Shown: positions 24,975 through 33,007 of the stretch, in pieces
Position numbering within the stretch: the first letter of the stretch is position 1
Layout: each line of letters starts with the position of its first letter
Origin: an uncultured Chlamydiales bacterium
GTDB lineage: Bacteria; Chlamydiota; Chlamydiia; Chlamydiales; JAAKFR01
Direction of reading: 5' to 3'
Assembly: GCA_963699155.1 (NCBI GenBank)
Contig: OY969414.1
Coordinates: 1,996,771 to 2,060,770 of the forward strand
Length of the DNA stretch: 64,000 nt
Notes under the pieces: generated by a model
Told to the model about the DNA's origin: nothing
The model's input: only the letters and a program-made list of their open reading frames with translations
Database searches by the model: none
Position numbers and translations under genes: made by a program

Positions 24975-26185
24975 AAGTGTTTACCATCGTCCGACCCAGG
25001 ACGTCTGACCCTTTCCCATGCAAAGAGAAATTGATGGTCAATCAGAAAAGTGAGTGCCTGGACAGTCTGCTCTTTGAAAGAGTCCCTAGGTTCAAACTCA
25101 CTTTTAAAAATTTGAATATCGAGGATCGCTTGTCTACCAGTTGTCAGACTGATCTGGTCGAGCCTTTCGATATAAAGATTGAGATGGGCGACGATCCTCT
25201 TCACCAACCTTTCTGAGCAGAAAACATTTGATGTATTGAATAAACCCTCTCTCATGATCCCCTCTAATGAGAGGGGCTGCCTTGGTGAGATTAAGCCATT
25301 CTTCTCGTAGAAACCCCTGAGATGTGTAATTCTTTTAGATTTGAGCTCAGATTTGGCTTTCAATTTGGGAAGCTTATCCAAGAGTGCACTCATTCTTGGT
25401 GCAGTAATGAGATTGTTAACCATAAGGACTGCCGAATCAAACCACTGTGGTGGAATGAATGAAAAGAGTCCACCATTGCCCGTACAGCTTGTACTTGATG
25501 TCAAACCTAAAACGCCATCTTCTGCAAGCTGATCCTTTTCATCGACATCAAAAAGACCTACACGCGCATCCCACATCCAAGCAGCATTATCAAATTTGAG
25601 ATCGGCATACTTCAATTCACAGGTAACAACAGCAAGCTCTCTCAATGCCTCTTTGGCTAAGACAGACATCTCCTCATCTTGATACATCCATTCATAGAGC
25701 GCTTCAATAGAATAAGCATCGCTAGAAACCAAAGAGATTCTCTCTTCCATCAAGATGGTTGGATCGAAATTGACCACTTCACATTGAGGAATATAGAGGA
25801 CTGTTAACCCGCGAGTTTTACAGATGTCTCGCGCTTTATCGGCAACTTTTTTATAGTCTGCCATTGTCTCGCCAGCCTTAAGAGTGATCTTTCTCTTAAA
25901 GAGGACGCCAGGTAGCTCATCTGAAGTGAGACAGTAGCGTACGGCCCCTTTCCAACGTCTAAGATGGCTAGGCAGCTCATTTTTCCCAAAAAAGGGTTTC
26001 ATCGCTTCAATTTTGCCGCGCACTTCGAAATCACTAAGATTTGGTAATCGGGGTAAAGCATCAGAAGATTTATGTTGAATGCGGTCCAATACACTGCTGT
26101 GAAAACGGCGCCTGAGCTCATGATAAGCATGGACATCTTCGTTACTCGCGGGCGTTATAGTTGCAAGAGACTTGTTTATGGCCAT
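24953..26185 (-). CDS. Hypothetical protein with protein-kinase-like catalytic motifs
   Basis: YADLKFDN (HxDLKxxN-like) followed 12 residues later by LFDVDE (DFG-like), at complement 25541-25609. There is also an upstream lysine-containing strand, GVLFKRK. Confidence 0.5.
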   Translation of the reverse strand: MAINKSLATITPASNEDVHAYHELRRRFHSSVLDRIQHKSSDALPRLPNLSDFEVRGKIEAMKPFFGKNELPSHLRRWKGAVRYCLTSDELPGVLFKRKITLKAGETMADYKKVADKARDICKTRGLTVLYIPQCEVVNFDPTILMEERISLVSSDAYSIEALYEWMYQDEEMSVLAKEALRELAVVTCELKYADLKFDNAAWMWDARVGLFDVDEKDQLAEDGVLGLTSSTSCTGNGGLFSFIPPQWFDSAVLMVNNLITAPRMSALLDKLPKLKAKSELKSKRITHLRGFYEKNGLISPRQPLSLEGIMREGLFNTSNVFCSERLVKRIVAHLNLYIERLDQISLTTGRQAILDIQIFKSEFEPRDSFKEQTVQALTFLIDHQFLFAWERVRRPGSDDGKHFYCWMVF

Positions 26186-26265
26186 ATTTTACTTCTTCAA
26201 AAGGGAGAGAGTAGCATAAAGGGCGATTTTCCAATAACCGAAGAGATGTTTTTGATTCCTTTTCC

Positions 26266-26294
26266 TTGCACTTTTTGGAAAAGGCTTATAGAAT
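26266..26294 (+). promoter_or_regulatory. Candidate sigma-70/66-type promoter for the small basic protein genes
   Basis: TTGCAC (26266-26271), 17 bp spacer, TAGAAT (26289-26294). The AAGAGG Shine-Dalgarno sequence and ATG follow at 26318. Confidence 0.4.
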
Positions 26295-26317
26295 GGGGCC
26301 ATTTTTAAGAGGTTCTT

Positions 26318-26485
26318 ATGACACGAATGAGCAAACAATCGCAGCGAAGGGCGGTCTCTCGACGCCGGCCAAAGCTTTCTGGTCCCAAAACGGGCCCCCA
26401 AAAAGAGAAATACAAGACAGGTTTCAAACCACACGAGAATGCTGTCTCAGGCAGCCAAGCCGTTTTTATTCCGAAAATAAAATAG
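26318..26485 (+). CDS. Small highly basic protein (55 aa), absent from the ORF track
   Basis: Manual translation: MTRMSKQSQRRAVSRRRPKLSGPKTGPQKEKYKTGFKPHENAVSGSQAVFIPKIK. SD taAGAGGt lies 6 nt upstream. Confidence 0.5.
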   Translation: MTRMSKQSQRRAVSRRRPKLSGPKTGPQKEKYKTGFKPHENAVSGSQAVFIPKIK

Positions 26486-26501
26486 ATATTAAAGGTTTCT
26501 T

Positions 26502-26663
26502 ATGTCACGTCACAACAGTTATGGAAAGTCGACAAAAAGCGGCAAAAAAAGAAATGTCTTAAAGCGATTTGAGCGTGTGGAAGTTTTGAAAAAGCTGGGC
26601 CGCTGGAATCTGGAAAAAAATAAACGCGTTACTGGCCTCCCTAAGACTCCTGTTGTAGGGTAA
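26502..26663 (+). CDS. Small basic protein (53 aa) resembling the PVC-superphylum conserved small basic protein
   Basis: Manual translation: MSRHNSYGKSTKSGKKRNVLKRFERVEVLKKLGRWNLEKNKRVTGLPKTPVVG. The KKRNVLKRFERV...GLPKT pattern matches my memory of that family. Sits just upstream of ybeY. Confidence 0.6.
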   Translation: MSRHNSYGKSTKSGKKRNVLKRFERVEVLKKLGRWNLEKNKRVTGLPKTPVVG

Positions 26664-26687
26664 CCCTTTTCGGCAGAGAGATCGCTA

Positions 26688-27146
26688 GTGGCTAAGATTC
26701 TCATCTTTAATGAGCAGAGCGATCTACCTTTAATCAAAAAGTCTGCACAACTTCTTGTGCAAGAATTTCTTGAGTTCAAATGTGTGGAGACAGATGAATT
26801 AGCTGTCCACTTTGTGACGAAAGAAGCGATCTGTCGCCTCCATGAAGAATTTTTCCAGGATGCTTCCCCTACCGACTGTATCACCTTCCCCATCGATCCT
26901 CCAGAAACTCAAAAAACTAGCTACCATGTTTTAGGCGAGGTCTTTGTCTGTCCCCAAACCGCTATCGACTACTGTCAAACAGAGGGCACTGATCCTTATG
27001 AGGAGTGTTCTCTCTATCTAGTGCATGGTCTTCTGCATCTATTAGGTTTTGATGATCAAAGCGTTAATGATAAAAAAGCGATGCGTGCAGCGGAAGCGAA
27101 AGTCCTCAGCCACCTCAAACGTCATCAATTGTTGTTAAGGAATTGA
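26688..27146 (+). CDS. ybeY: rRNA maturation endoribonuclease YbeY
   Basis: Zinc motif LVHGLLHLLGFDD. 152 aa with a GTG start. Confidence 0.9.
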   Translation: MAKILIFNEQSDLPLIKKSAQLLVQEFLEFKCVETDELAVHFVTKEAICRLHEEFFQDASPTDCITFPIDPPETQKTSYHVLGEVFVCPQTAIDYCQTEGTDPYEECSLYLVHGLLHLLGFDDQSVNDKKAMRAAEAKVLSHLKRHQLLLRN

Positions 27147-27191
27147 CTCACGTTTATAATCATTATTTATCGGACTTCATTTAAGGTAAGG

Positions 27192-28505
27192 GTGGCGCTC
27201 ACCGTTTCAATCTTCTGTTCTCTCTTTTTTCTGATCTGGTCCTTTTTTTTAACGACGATCACACATTCTCTGACTCGATTGGGTCAAACACGCTCTCTGG
27301 ATCTCATCAAGAGGCACCCAGGCCGCTTTTTCTACGCCCCCCTGCACCATCTCTTTCATAAAGGATCTCGGTTTGAGCTTCTGATCTTAGCCTCTACCCT
27401 GAGTGAGAATTTTGCCCGGATCGGCTATGTCGCCTTTGCCACATTGGGCTTAATGACCGTTCCTCCTGAATCGACGGCGATCTGGATGATCATCATCCTA
27501 GTCACCCTCTTCATCATCTTATTGATCGGCGATTTCTTCCCCAGACTATGGGCGATCTATAATCCCGAGAATGCGCTCCTCATCTCCCTCCCTTTCGCCT
27601 CCTTCTTCCTTTACCTCTCCTTCCCGATCTCCTTTTTTTTCCTCAAGCTAGCCGAATCGGCCACGCGAGGGCGGGAATCTACGAGCTGGGGCGATCCAAT
27701 GGAGGAGATGAAAGAGTCGATCGTTCAAATTCTCCAGGAAGCCAATGTGAAAGGTCCCCTCCACCATTCAGATAAAAAACTGATGGAATCGGTGGTCCAC
27801 TTTAAGGACCGCATTGTGCGCGAAGTGATGGTCCCACGTGTCGACCTCTTTATCCTACCTGCAGATACGAAAATCCAAGATGCCGCGAAGGAGTTGACAA
27901 GCGAGGGTTACAGTCGTGTTCCCGTCTATCGCGAAACGGTCGACAACATCATCGGCGTCCTCATGTTTAAAGATATCTTACAGCTCTATATGGACTGTCT
28001 CGAAGGCAAAAAAGATAGCGCCCTGATGCATGCCCCCATCGAAACAATCACCAAAGGGGTTTTTTACACGCCAGAGACTAAAAAAGTCGCACAGCTGCTC
28101 CAAGAATTTCGCTCCAAACAGATGCACATGGCGATCGTAGTCGATGAGTATGGAGGGACTGAAGGGGTGGTGACCATGGAAGACATTCTCGAAGAGATTG
28201 TGGGGGATATCGCAGATGAATATGACATCGGGGAAGAGGAGCTCTACACAACGCAGCCAGGCGGCGGGGGATGGATCGTCGATGCGCGGATGTCGATACT
28301 CGATGCGGAAGAGGCCTTCAATATCCATATTCCACAAGAGGGCGAATATGATACGATCGGCGGATATATCTTTCATAAAGTCGGCTCAATCCCTCACAAA
28401 GGGTTGAAGATCCACCATGAAGACTTTGATTTAGAAATTCTCAGCTCCTCAGAAAGAAGCGTTGAGAAAGTGCGGATTACCCCTCTCAAGAGTGAAGGTC
28501 TATGA
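27192..28505 (+). CDS. CNNM(DUF21)-CBS-CorC/HlyC family membrane protein (TlyC-like)
   Basis: N-terminal TM domain, a CBS pair (VMVPRVD..., AIVVDEYGGTEGVVTMEDILEEIVGDI) and a C-terminal CorC_HlyC region. Confidence 0.85.
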   Translation: MALTVSIFCSLFFLIWSFFLTTITHSLTRLGQTRSLDLIKRHPGRFFYAPLHHLFHKGSRFELLILASTLSENFARIGYVAFATLGLMTVPPESTAIWMIIILVTLFIILLIGDFFPRLWAIYNPENALLISLPFASFFLYLSFPISFFFLKLAESATRGRESTSWGDPMEEMKESIVQILQEANVKGPLHHSDKKLMESVVHFKDRIVREVMVPRVDLFILPADTKIQDAAKELTSEGYSRVPVYRETVDNIIGVLMFKDILQLYMDCLEGKKDSALMHAPIETITKGVFYTPETKKVAQLLQEFRSKQMHMAIVVDEYGGTEGVVTMEDILEEIVGDIADEYDIGEEELYTTQPGGGGWIVDARMSILDAEEAFNIHIPQEGEYDTIGGYIFHKVGSIPHKGLKIHHEDFDLEILSSSERSVEKVRITPLKSEGL

Positions 28506-28509
28506 AACT

Positions 28510-29988
28510 ATGAGTTTCTTATTTCTTGGAACAGTGATCGGTTTTTTGGCCACCTTCCTCTATTATCGCTGGCGCAAAGGGGGAAGCGAAAAAATCGCTC
28601 AGGAGATCTTGGCGAAGGCCGAAGCGGAGGCAGAGCAGATCCGAAAGGCTTCCCAGATAGAAGTGCAAAAAAAAGAGCAGGAGCTCGCGCAACTGATCGA
28701 AGGAAAAAGGGAGAAGCTCGATCAACAACTCTCCCACTCCGAGAGAAGAGCTCAAGAGATCGACAAAAAAGAGAAAGAGCTGACAAAGGTGAAGCTCCAA
28801 TTAGAAAACAGACAGAAGGAGCTCTTTAGCCATGAAAAGAGATGTGAAGAGAAGATCCATCAAGTGGCAGCCATCTCGGCAGAAGAGGCGAAGTCCTATC
28901 TGCTGAATCGTTATCAGGAAGAGGTGCGAGCAGAGTGTGCCGCTTACCTTGTCAAGCAACGAAGAGAGGTCGAAGAAGAGGCTGAAAAAGAGGCGAGTCG
29001 GATTCTCTCGACAACGATAAATCGCCTTTCGACTGCAGCTGTATCTGACATGGCGATCGCCACCGTCGCCCTTCCCAACCAAGAGATGAAAGGAAGAGTG
29101 ATCGGACGTGAGGGGCGCAACATCCGCATTCTGGAACAAGCGACGGGAATGAACTTCATCATCGACGATACCCCAGGGGCCATCGTCATCTCCGGTTATG
29201 ACCCTGTCCGCAAGGAGATTGCCAAGATTGCACTAAAAGAGCTGATTCAAGATGGGAGAATCCACCCCACACGCATCGAAGAGGTCGTTCTTCAAGCAGA
29301 AAAAAAAGTAGAACTGCTCATTCGAGAAAAAGGAGAAGAGGCAGCTCTCCTTGCCGGCAACTTTGTCTTCCACCCAGAACTGGTGCACCTCCTTGGCCTC
29401 CTCTATTTCCGGTATAGTTATGGACAAAATCTCCTCACCCATAGCCTAGAGGTTAGCCGCATCATGGGCATTATCGCGGAAGAGCTCCATCTCGATGGCC
29501 CAAGAGCGCGCCGTATGGGCCTCCTTCACGACATCGGTAAGGCCGCACCGCCCGAGCTAGAAGGCTCTCACGCCCTCATCGGCCAGCAGTTGGCTCTCAA
29601 ATATGGGGAAAAAGCGGATATCGCCAATGGCATCGGCTGCCATCATGGGGAAATCGAAGCTGAAACGATCGAAGCTAGCTTCTGCACCACTGCTGATGCC
29701 CTCTCAGCTAATCGCCTTGGCGCCCGTATCGAAGCGATGGAGAGCTACCTCAAACGGTCGGCCAAGCTCGAAGCGATCTCTCGCCAATTCGATGGCGTCG
29801 AAAAGGCCTACGCCATGCAAGCAGGACGCGAACTGCGTGTTATCGTCGAACCCAAAAGCTACGATGACACAAGCGCTCTCCATCTCGCCCGCGCCATTGC
29901 CCAGAAAATCGAAAAAGAGCTCAGCTATCCCGGCAAAATCAAAATCACCGTCATCCGCGAAAGCAAAGCAGTCGAATACGCCCAGTAA
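28510..29988 (+). CDS. rny: Ribonuclease Y
   Basis: N-terminal TM helix (MSFLFLGTVIGFLATFLYY), coiled coil, KH domain (GRVIGREGRNIR) and HD domain (LLHDIGKA). The ATG at 28510 follows the upstream stop at 28503-28505. Confidence 0.93.
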   Translation: MSFLFLGTVIGFLATFLYYRWRKGGSEKIAQEILAKAEAEAEQIRKASQIEVQKKEQELAQLIEGKREKLDQQLSHSERRAQEIDKKEKELTKVKLQLENRQKELFSHEKRCEEKIHQVAAISAEEAKSYLLNRYQEEVRAECAAYLVKQRREVEEEAEKEASRILSTTINRLSTAAVSDMAIATVALPNQEMKGRVIGREGRNIRILEQATGMNFIIDDTPGAIVISGYDPVRKEIAKIALKELIQDGRIHPTRIEEVVLQAEKKVELLIREKGEEAALLAGNFVFHPELVHLLGLLYFRYSYGQNLLTHSLEVSRIMGIIAEELHLDGPRARRMGLLHDIGKAAPPELEGSHALIGQQLALKYGEKADIANGIGCHHGEIEAETIEASFCTTADALSANRLGARIEAMESYLKRSAKLEAISRQFDGVEKAYAMQAGRELRVIVEPKSYDDTSALHLARAIAQKIEKELSYPGKIKITVIRESKAVEYAQ

Positions 29989-30002
29989 GAATCAAGTTTT
30001 GA

Positions 30003-30227
30003 CTATCCAGCAAACAAATCATTTGGATTAGGTAAACGATGAAGCTTACCATCTTCCCTGAGTTGGTAGTTGGTGTCCCCTTTCTTAATAATATCCCCTA
30101 CCTGCAGAGTGCCCGAAGCTCCAGCTCCACCTGATAAAGCTTTCATCTCTTCTGCTGACATTTCACTTTCAGGTTTTTCTTTATTCTCTGGCGATTGTTC
30201 TTTTTGAGATTTTTCTTTATTTTCCAT
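30003..30227 (-). CDS. Small acidic/lysine-rich peptide with a double-glycine-leader-like motif
   Basis: MENKEKSQKEQSPENKEKPESEMSAEEMKALSGG|AGASGTLQVGDIIKK... has a strong SD (GAGGAGG) and a consensus-like promoter upstream. Confidence 0.55.
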   Translation of the reverse strand: MENKEKSQKEQSPENKEKPESEMSAEEMKALSGGAGASGTLQVGDIIKKGDTNYQLREDGKLHRLPNPNDLFAG

Positions 30228-30250
30228 GATAACCTCCTCTCATCAAGATA

Positions 30251-30279
30251 ATTGTAAACAAAATCAGGCAGTTTGTCAA
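30251..30279 (-). promoter_or_regulatory. Near-consensus promoter for the 74-aa peptide gene
   Basis: Minus-strand reading: TTGACA (30279-30274), 17 bp spacer, TACAAT (30256-30251). Confidence 0.6.
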
Positions 30280-30402
30280 GTAAATTTTTTATAATGAAGA
30301 TCAAATGAACCCTACGCCCAGAAAATCGAAAAAGAGCTCAAGCTGCCTTGACAAGTAACAGTAAAAACACTATCTCGGAGGTAATCTTTTATTAATGGGG
30401 AA

Positions 30403-30768
30403 TTGTTGAAGATGGCGATGGATATTCGGGAAGAAAAGAAGGGAAATATCATGATCTATGCGCTCAATGGGAGATTGGACAGCTCTACCTCCCCCATGGT
30501 AGAGACTAAAATCATCGATGCGATCGAGGCGGGCGCTCACGATGTCGTTCTCAACTTCAGCAGTGTGGACTATATTTCAAGTGCTGGGATCCGCGTGCTT
30601 GTCCATTGTCATAAGGAGCTTGAAAAGAAGCATGGACACATTTTTTTGGCATCGGTTCCCAAGCCGATCGAAAATGTACTTTACATCACTGGCTTCCTCC
30701 CCTACTTCAAAGTTTTTGAAAACCCCACGCTGGCACTAGCTGCTTTAGAAAAGGCGACTAATCGGTGA
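30403..30768 (+). CDS. rsbV: STAS-domain anti-sigma-factor antagonist (RsbV-like)
   Basis: LNGRLDSSTSPMVE...VVLNFSSVDYISSAGIRVLV is a typical SpoIIAA/RsbV pattern with a phosphorylatable Ser. The likely start is the ATG at 30412 or 30418 rather than the TTG at 30403. Confidence 0.85.
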   Translation: MLKMAMDIREEKKGNIMIYALNGRLDSSTSPMVETKIIDAIEAGAHDVVLNFSSVDYISSAGIRVLVHCHKELEKKHGHIFLASVPKPIENVLYITGFLPYFKVFENPTLALAALEKATNR

Positions 30769-30814
30769 GCCTGACTCCCCTTTTGGATTTATCGAGATTG
30801 AGAAAAAGTGGAAT

Positions 30815-30842
30815 GGCCCTTATGATCAAGGGCCTATTTTTT
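30815..30842 (+). terminator. Rho-independent terminator after rsbV
   Basis: ggccctt-atgatc-aagggcc followed by tatttttt. Confidence 0.6.
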
Positions 30843-30861
30843 AAATAAAAAAAAAGATCTT

Positions 30862-32748
30862 ATGCGTCGGTCTATTTGCTATAGCGATCCATCTGTGGCC
30901 CGCGCGGGGCAGAACTCTACGTGGAAATTTCATTATACCACGGCTACGGCCCTGCCTAAGGGGACCCGGCTCAAGTTTGACCTCCTCAGCAAAGGGAGGG
31001 ATATCGATTGGGAAGTCCCCACCACAAATCTCGACGAAGATGCCAATGTCATCTACGCTGAGATGGAAAATGGAACGATCATAAAGGCCGAAGAGATTGA
31101 AACGCCAGACAGCATCGTTCCTCAGTATGAATTTGTCCTTCCTAGCGCCGTCAAAATTGGGGAAAAATTTACGATTGGCATTGGGATAAATCCTGAAGTG
31201 GATGGGAATTCCGACACCCTGGGAAATGAGTGTCAGCTCACCATCCAAAGAAGGCGTCCCTTCAATCTCTATATCGACCCAAAGGGCAAAGGAAACTATG
31301 AAGAGCCCGAGGTCTTTACGATGGATATTCGAGGCAACCGCCTCAACACCATCCGTATCCTGACTCCCTCGTTTGTCTCGAAAAACAAAAGGTTCGATAT
31401 CACCGTTAGATTCGAAGATGAGTATGGCAACCTGACCAATTTCGCCCCAGAAGATACGTTGATCGATCTCTCTTACGAACACTTGCGGGAAAACTTGAAC
31501 TGGAAGCTCTTTGTTCCCGAAACTGGATTTGTCACCCTTCCCAATCTCTATTTCAACGAAGCGGGGATCTATCGCATTCAGCTCCGTAATTTAAAGACGA
31601 AAGAGACCTTCACCTCGGCTCCCATCAAATGTTTTCAGGAGAATGACCGCAACCTTTTCTGGGGACTTCTCCATGGGGAATCTGATCGAGTCGATTCCAC
31701 AGAGAGCATCGAAAACTGTTTGCGCCATTTCCGAGACGAAAAATCTCTCAATTTCTATGGGACCTCCTACTTTGAAAACAGTGATGAGACTCCCAACGAA
31801 GTTTGGAAGCAGGCTGTACAAAATGCTGCCGACTTCAACGAAGATGATCGCTTCATCACTTTCTTGGGCTTTCAGTTTCAGGGCGAAGCAGGAAAAGAAG
31901 GGGTCCGCCAAATTCTCTATACAAAAGATAACAAACCCCTGCTGCGTCAGAAAGATACGAAGAACTCTTCATTATCGAAAATCTATAAATCCTCCTCACC
32001 AAAAGAGATGATCTCCATTCCTACTTTTACAATGGGGAAGGGCTTCCATTTCAATTTCAAAGAGTTCACCCCCGAATTTGAACGGGTGGTAGAGATCTAT
32101 AATGCCTGGGGAAGCTCTGAAGCGTTGAAGTGCGAGCGTTCAATCACTGGGAAAGTCGGCTCATCAGCGGAAGGGTCCATCGTGGAAGCGCTCAAAAAAA
32201 ATTGCCGCTTTGGCTTTGTTGCGGGGGGCCTCGACGATCGTGGCACCTATAATGGCTTTTACGAAAGTGACCAGACGCAATATTCTCCGGGCCATACTGC
32301 TATCATCTGTGAGAAATATACCCGGGATTCGCTTCTAGAAGGACTCTACAGAAGGAGTTGTTATGCCACAACGGGAGCCCGCATCATCGTCGGTTTCTAC
32401 ATCGCCGGTCAGCGAATGGGCAGTGAACTCTCTACCTCATTAAAGCCAGGACTCGCCGTCAATCGCCACATTTCGGGATATGTCGCTGGGACAGACAAGC
32501 TGAAATCGATCGAGCTGATCCGTAATGGGGAGGTCATCCACACCTTCCATCCGACCCAATATTTTTACGATTATTATTACGATGACCAAGAGAGCTTCGA
32601 TAAAGTCGGTTTGGTTGCAGAGGGCAAGGATCCCTTTATTTTTTACTACCTCCGCATCAAACAGCAGGATGGACAGATGGCCTGGAGCTCTCCTATCTGG
32701 GTCGATTTTAGCTCCCAACCGCCACCACCCAAAGTGGGAAAAAAATGA
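30862..32748 (+). CDS. Conserved hypothetical protein (tentatively DUF3604-like)
   Basis: 628-aa ORF with uniform coding signal. The C-terminal ...MAWSSPIWVD and overall size recall DUF3604. This assignment is from memory and weak. Confidence 0.5.
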   Translation: MRRSICYSDPSVARAGQNSTWKFHYTTATALPKGTRLKFDLLSKGRDIDWEVPTTNLDEDANVIYAEMENGTIIKAEEIETPDSIVPQYEFVLPSAVKIGEKFTIGIGINPEVDGNSDTLGNECQLTIQRRRPFNLYIDPKGKGNYEEPEVFTMDIRGNRLNTIRILTPSFVSKNKRFDITVRFEDEYGNLTNFAPEDTLIDLSYEHLRENLNWKLFVPETGFVTLPNLYFNEAGIYRIQLRNLKTKETFTSAPIKCFQENDRNLFWGLLHGESDRVDSTESIENCLRHFRDEKSLNFYGTSYFENSDETPNEVWKQAVQNAADFNEDDRFITFLGFQFQGEAGKEGVRQILYTKDNKPLLRQKDTKNSSLSKIYKSSSPKEMISIPTFTMGKGFHFNFKEFTPEFERVVEIYNAWGSSEALKCERSITGKVGSSAEGSIVEALKKNCRFGFVAGGLDDRGTYNGFYESDQTQYSPGHTAIICEKYTRDSLLEGLYRRSCYATTGARIIVGFYIAGQRMGSELSTSLKPGLAVNRHISGYVAGTDKLKSIELIRNGEVIHTFHPTQYFYDYYYDDQESFDKVGLVAEGKDPFIFYYLRIKQQDGQMAWSSPIWVDFSSQPPPPKVGKK

Positions 32749-32791
32749 TCAGGAGTCGCTCTCTGATGGCGCTGTTCAAGGTAGGTATCAC

Positions 32792-33007
32792 GTGAACCAA
32801 CACCTCTTCGTGATGATTTTGCTAGCGACGGGGCTCATGGTTCTGGTCATCTTCTGCCTTTGCATCGGCCTGATCATTACTGGAAAATCTCGTTTGCGCA
32901 AACGGTGCGGCTGGAATCCTCAAAAGAAAAAAGATCAAGATTCAGATAGCTGCACCCTTTGTGGCAGCAAAAAAAGGTGTGAAGATGACGAGCATCCTCC
33001 AAAATGA
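32792..33007 (+). CDS. Small single-TM, Cys-rich protein (possibly NqrM-like)
   Basis: (V)NQHLFVMILLATGLMVLVIFCLCIGLIITGKSRLRKRCGWNPQKKKDQDSDSCTLCGSKKRCEDDEHPPK. A GTG at 32792 is preceded by AAGGTAGG; the alternative ATG is at 32813. It is embedded in the longer track ORF 32525-33007. Confidence 0.4.
   Translation: MNQHLFVMILLATGLMVLVIFCLCIGLIITGKSRLRKRCGWNPQKKKDQDSDSCTLCGSKKRCEDDEHPPK

Noticed and set aside
30841-31482. A 213-aa minus-strand ORF antisense to the 628-aa gene
   Set aside because: It lies entirely within the longer, uniformly coding plus-strand ORF and has no start context or motifs.
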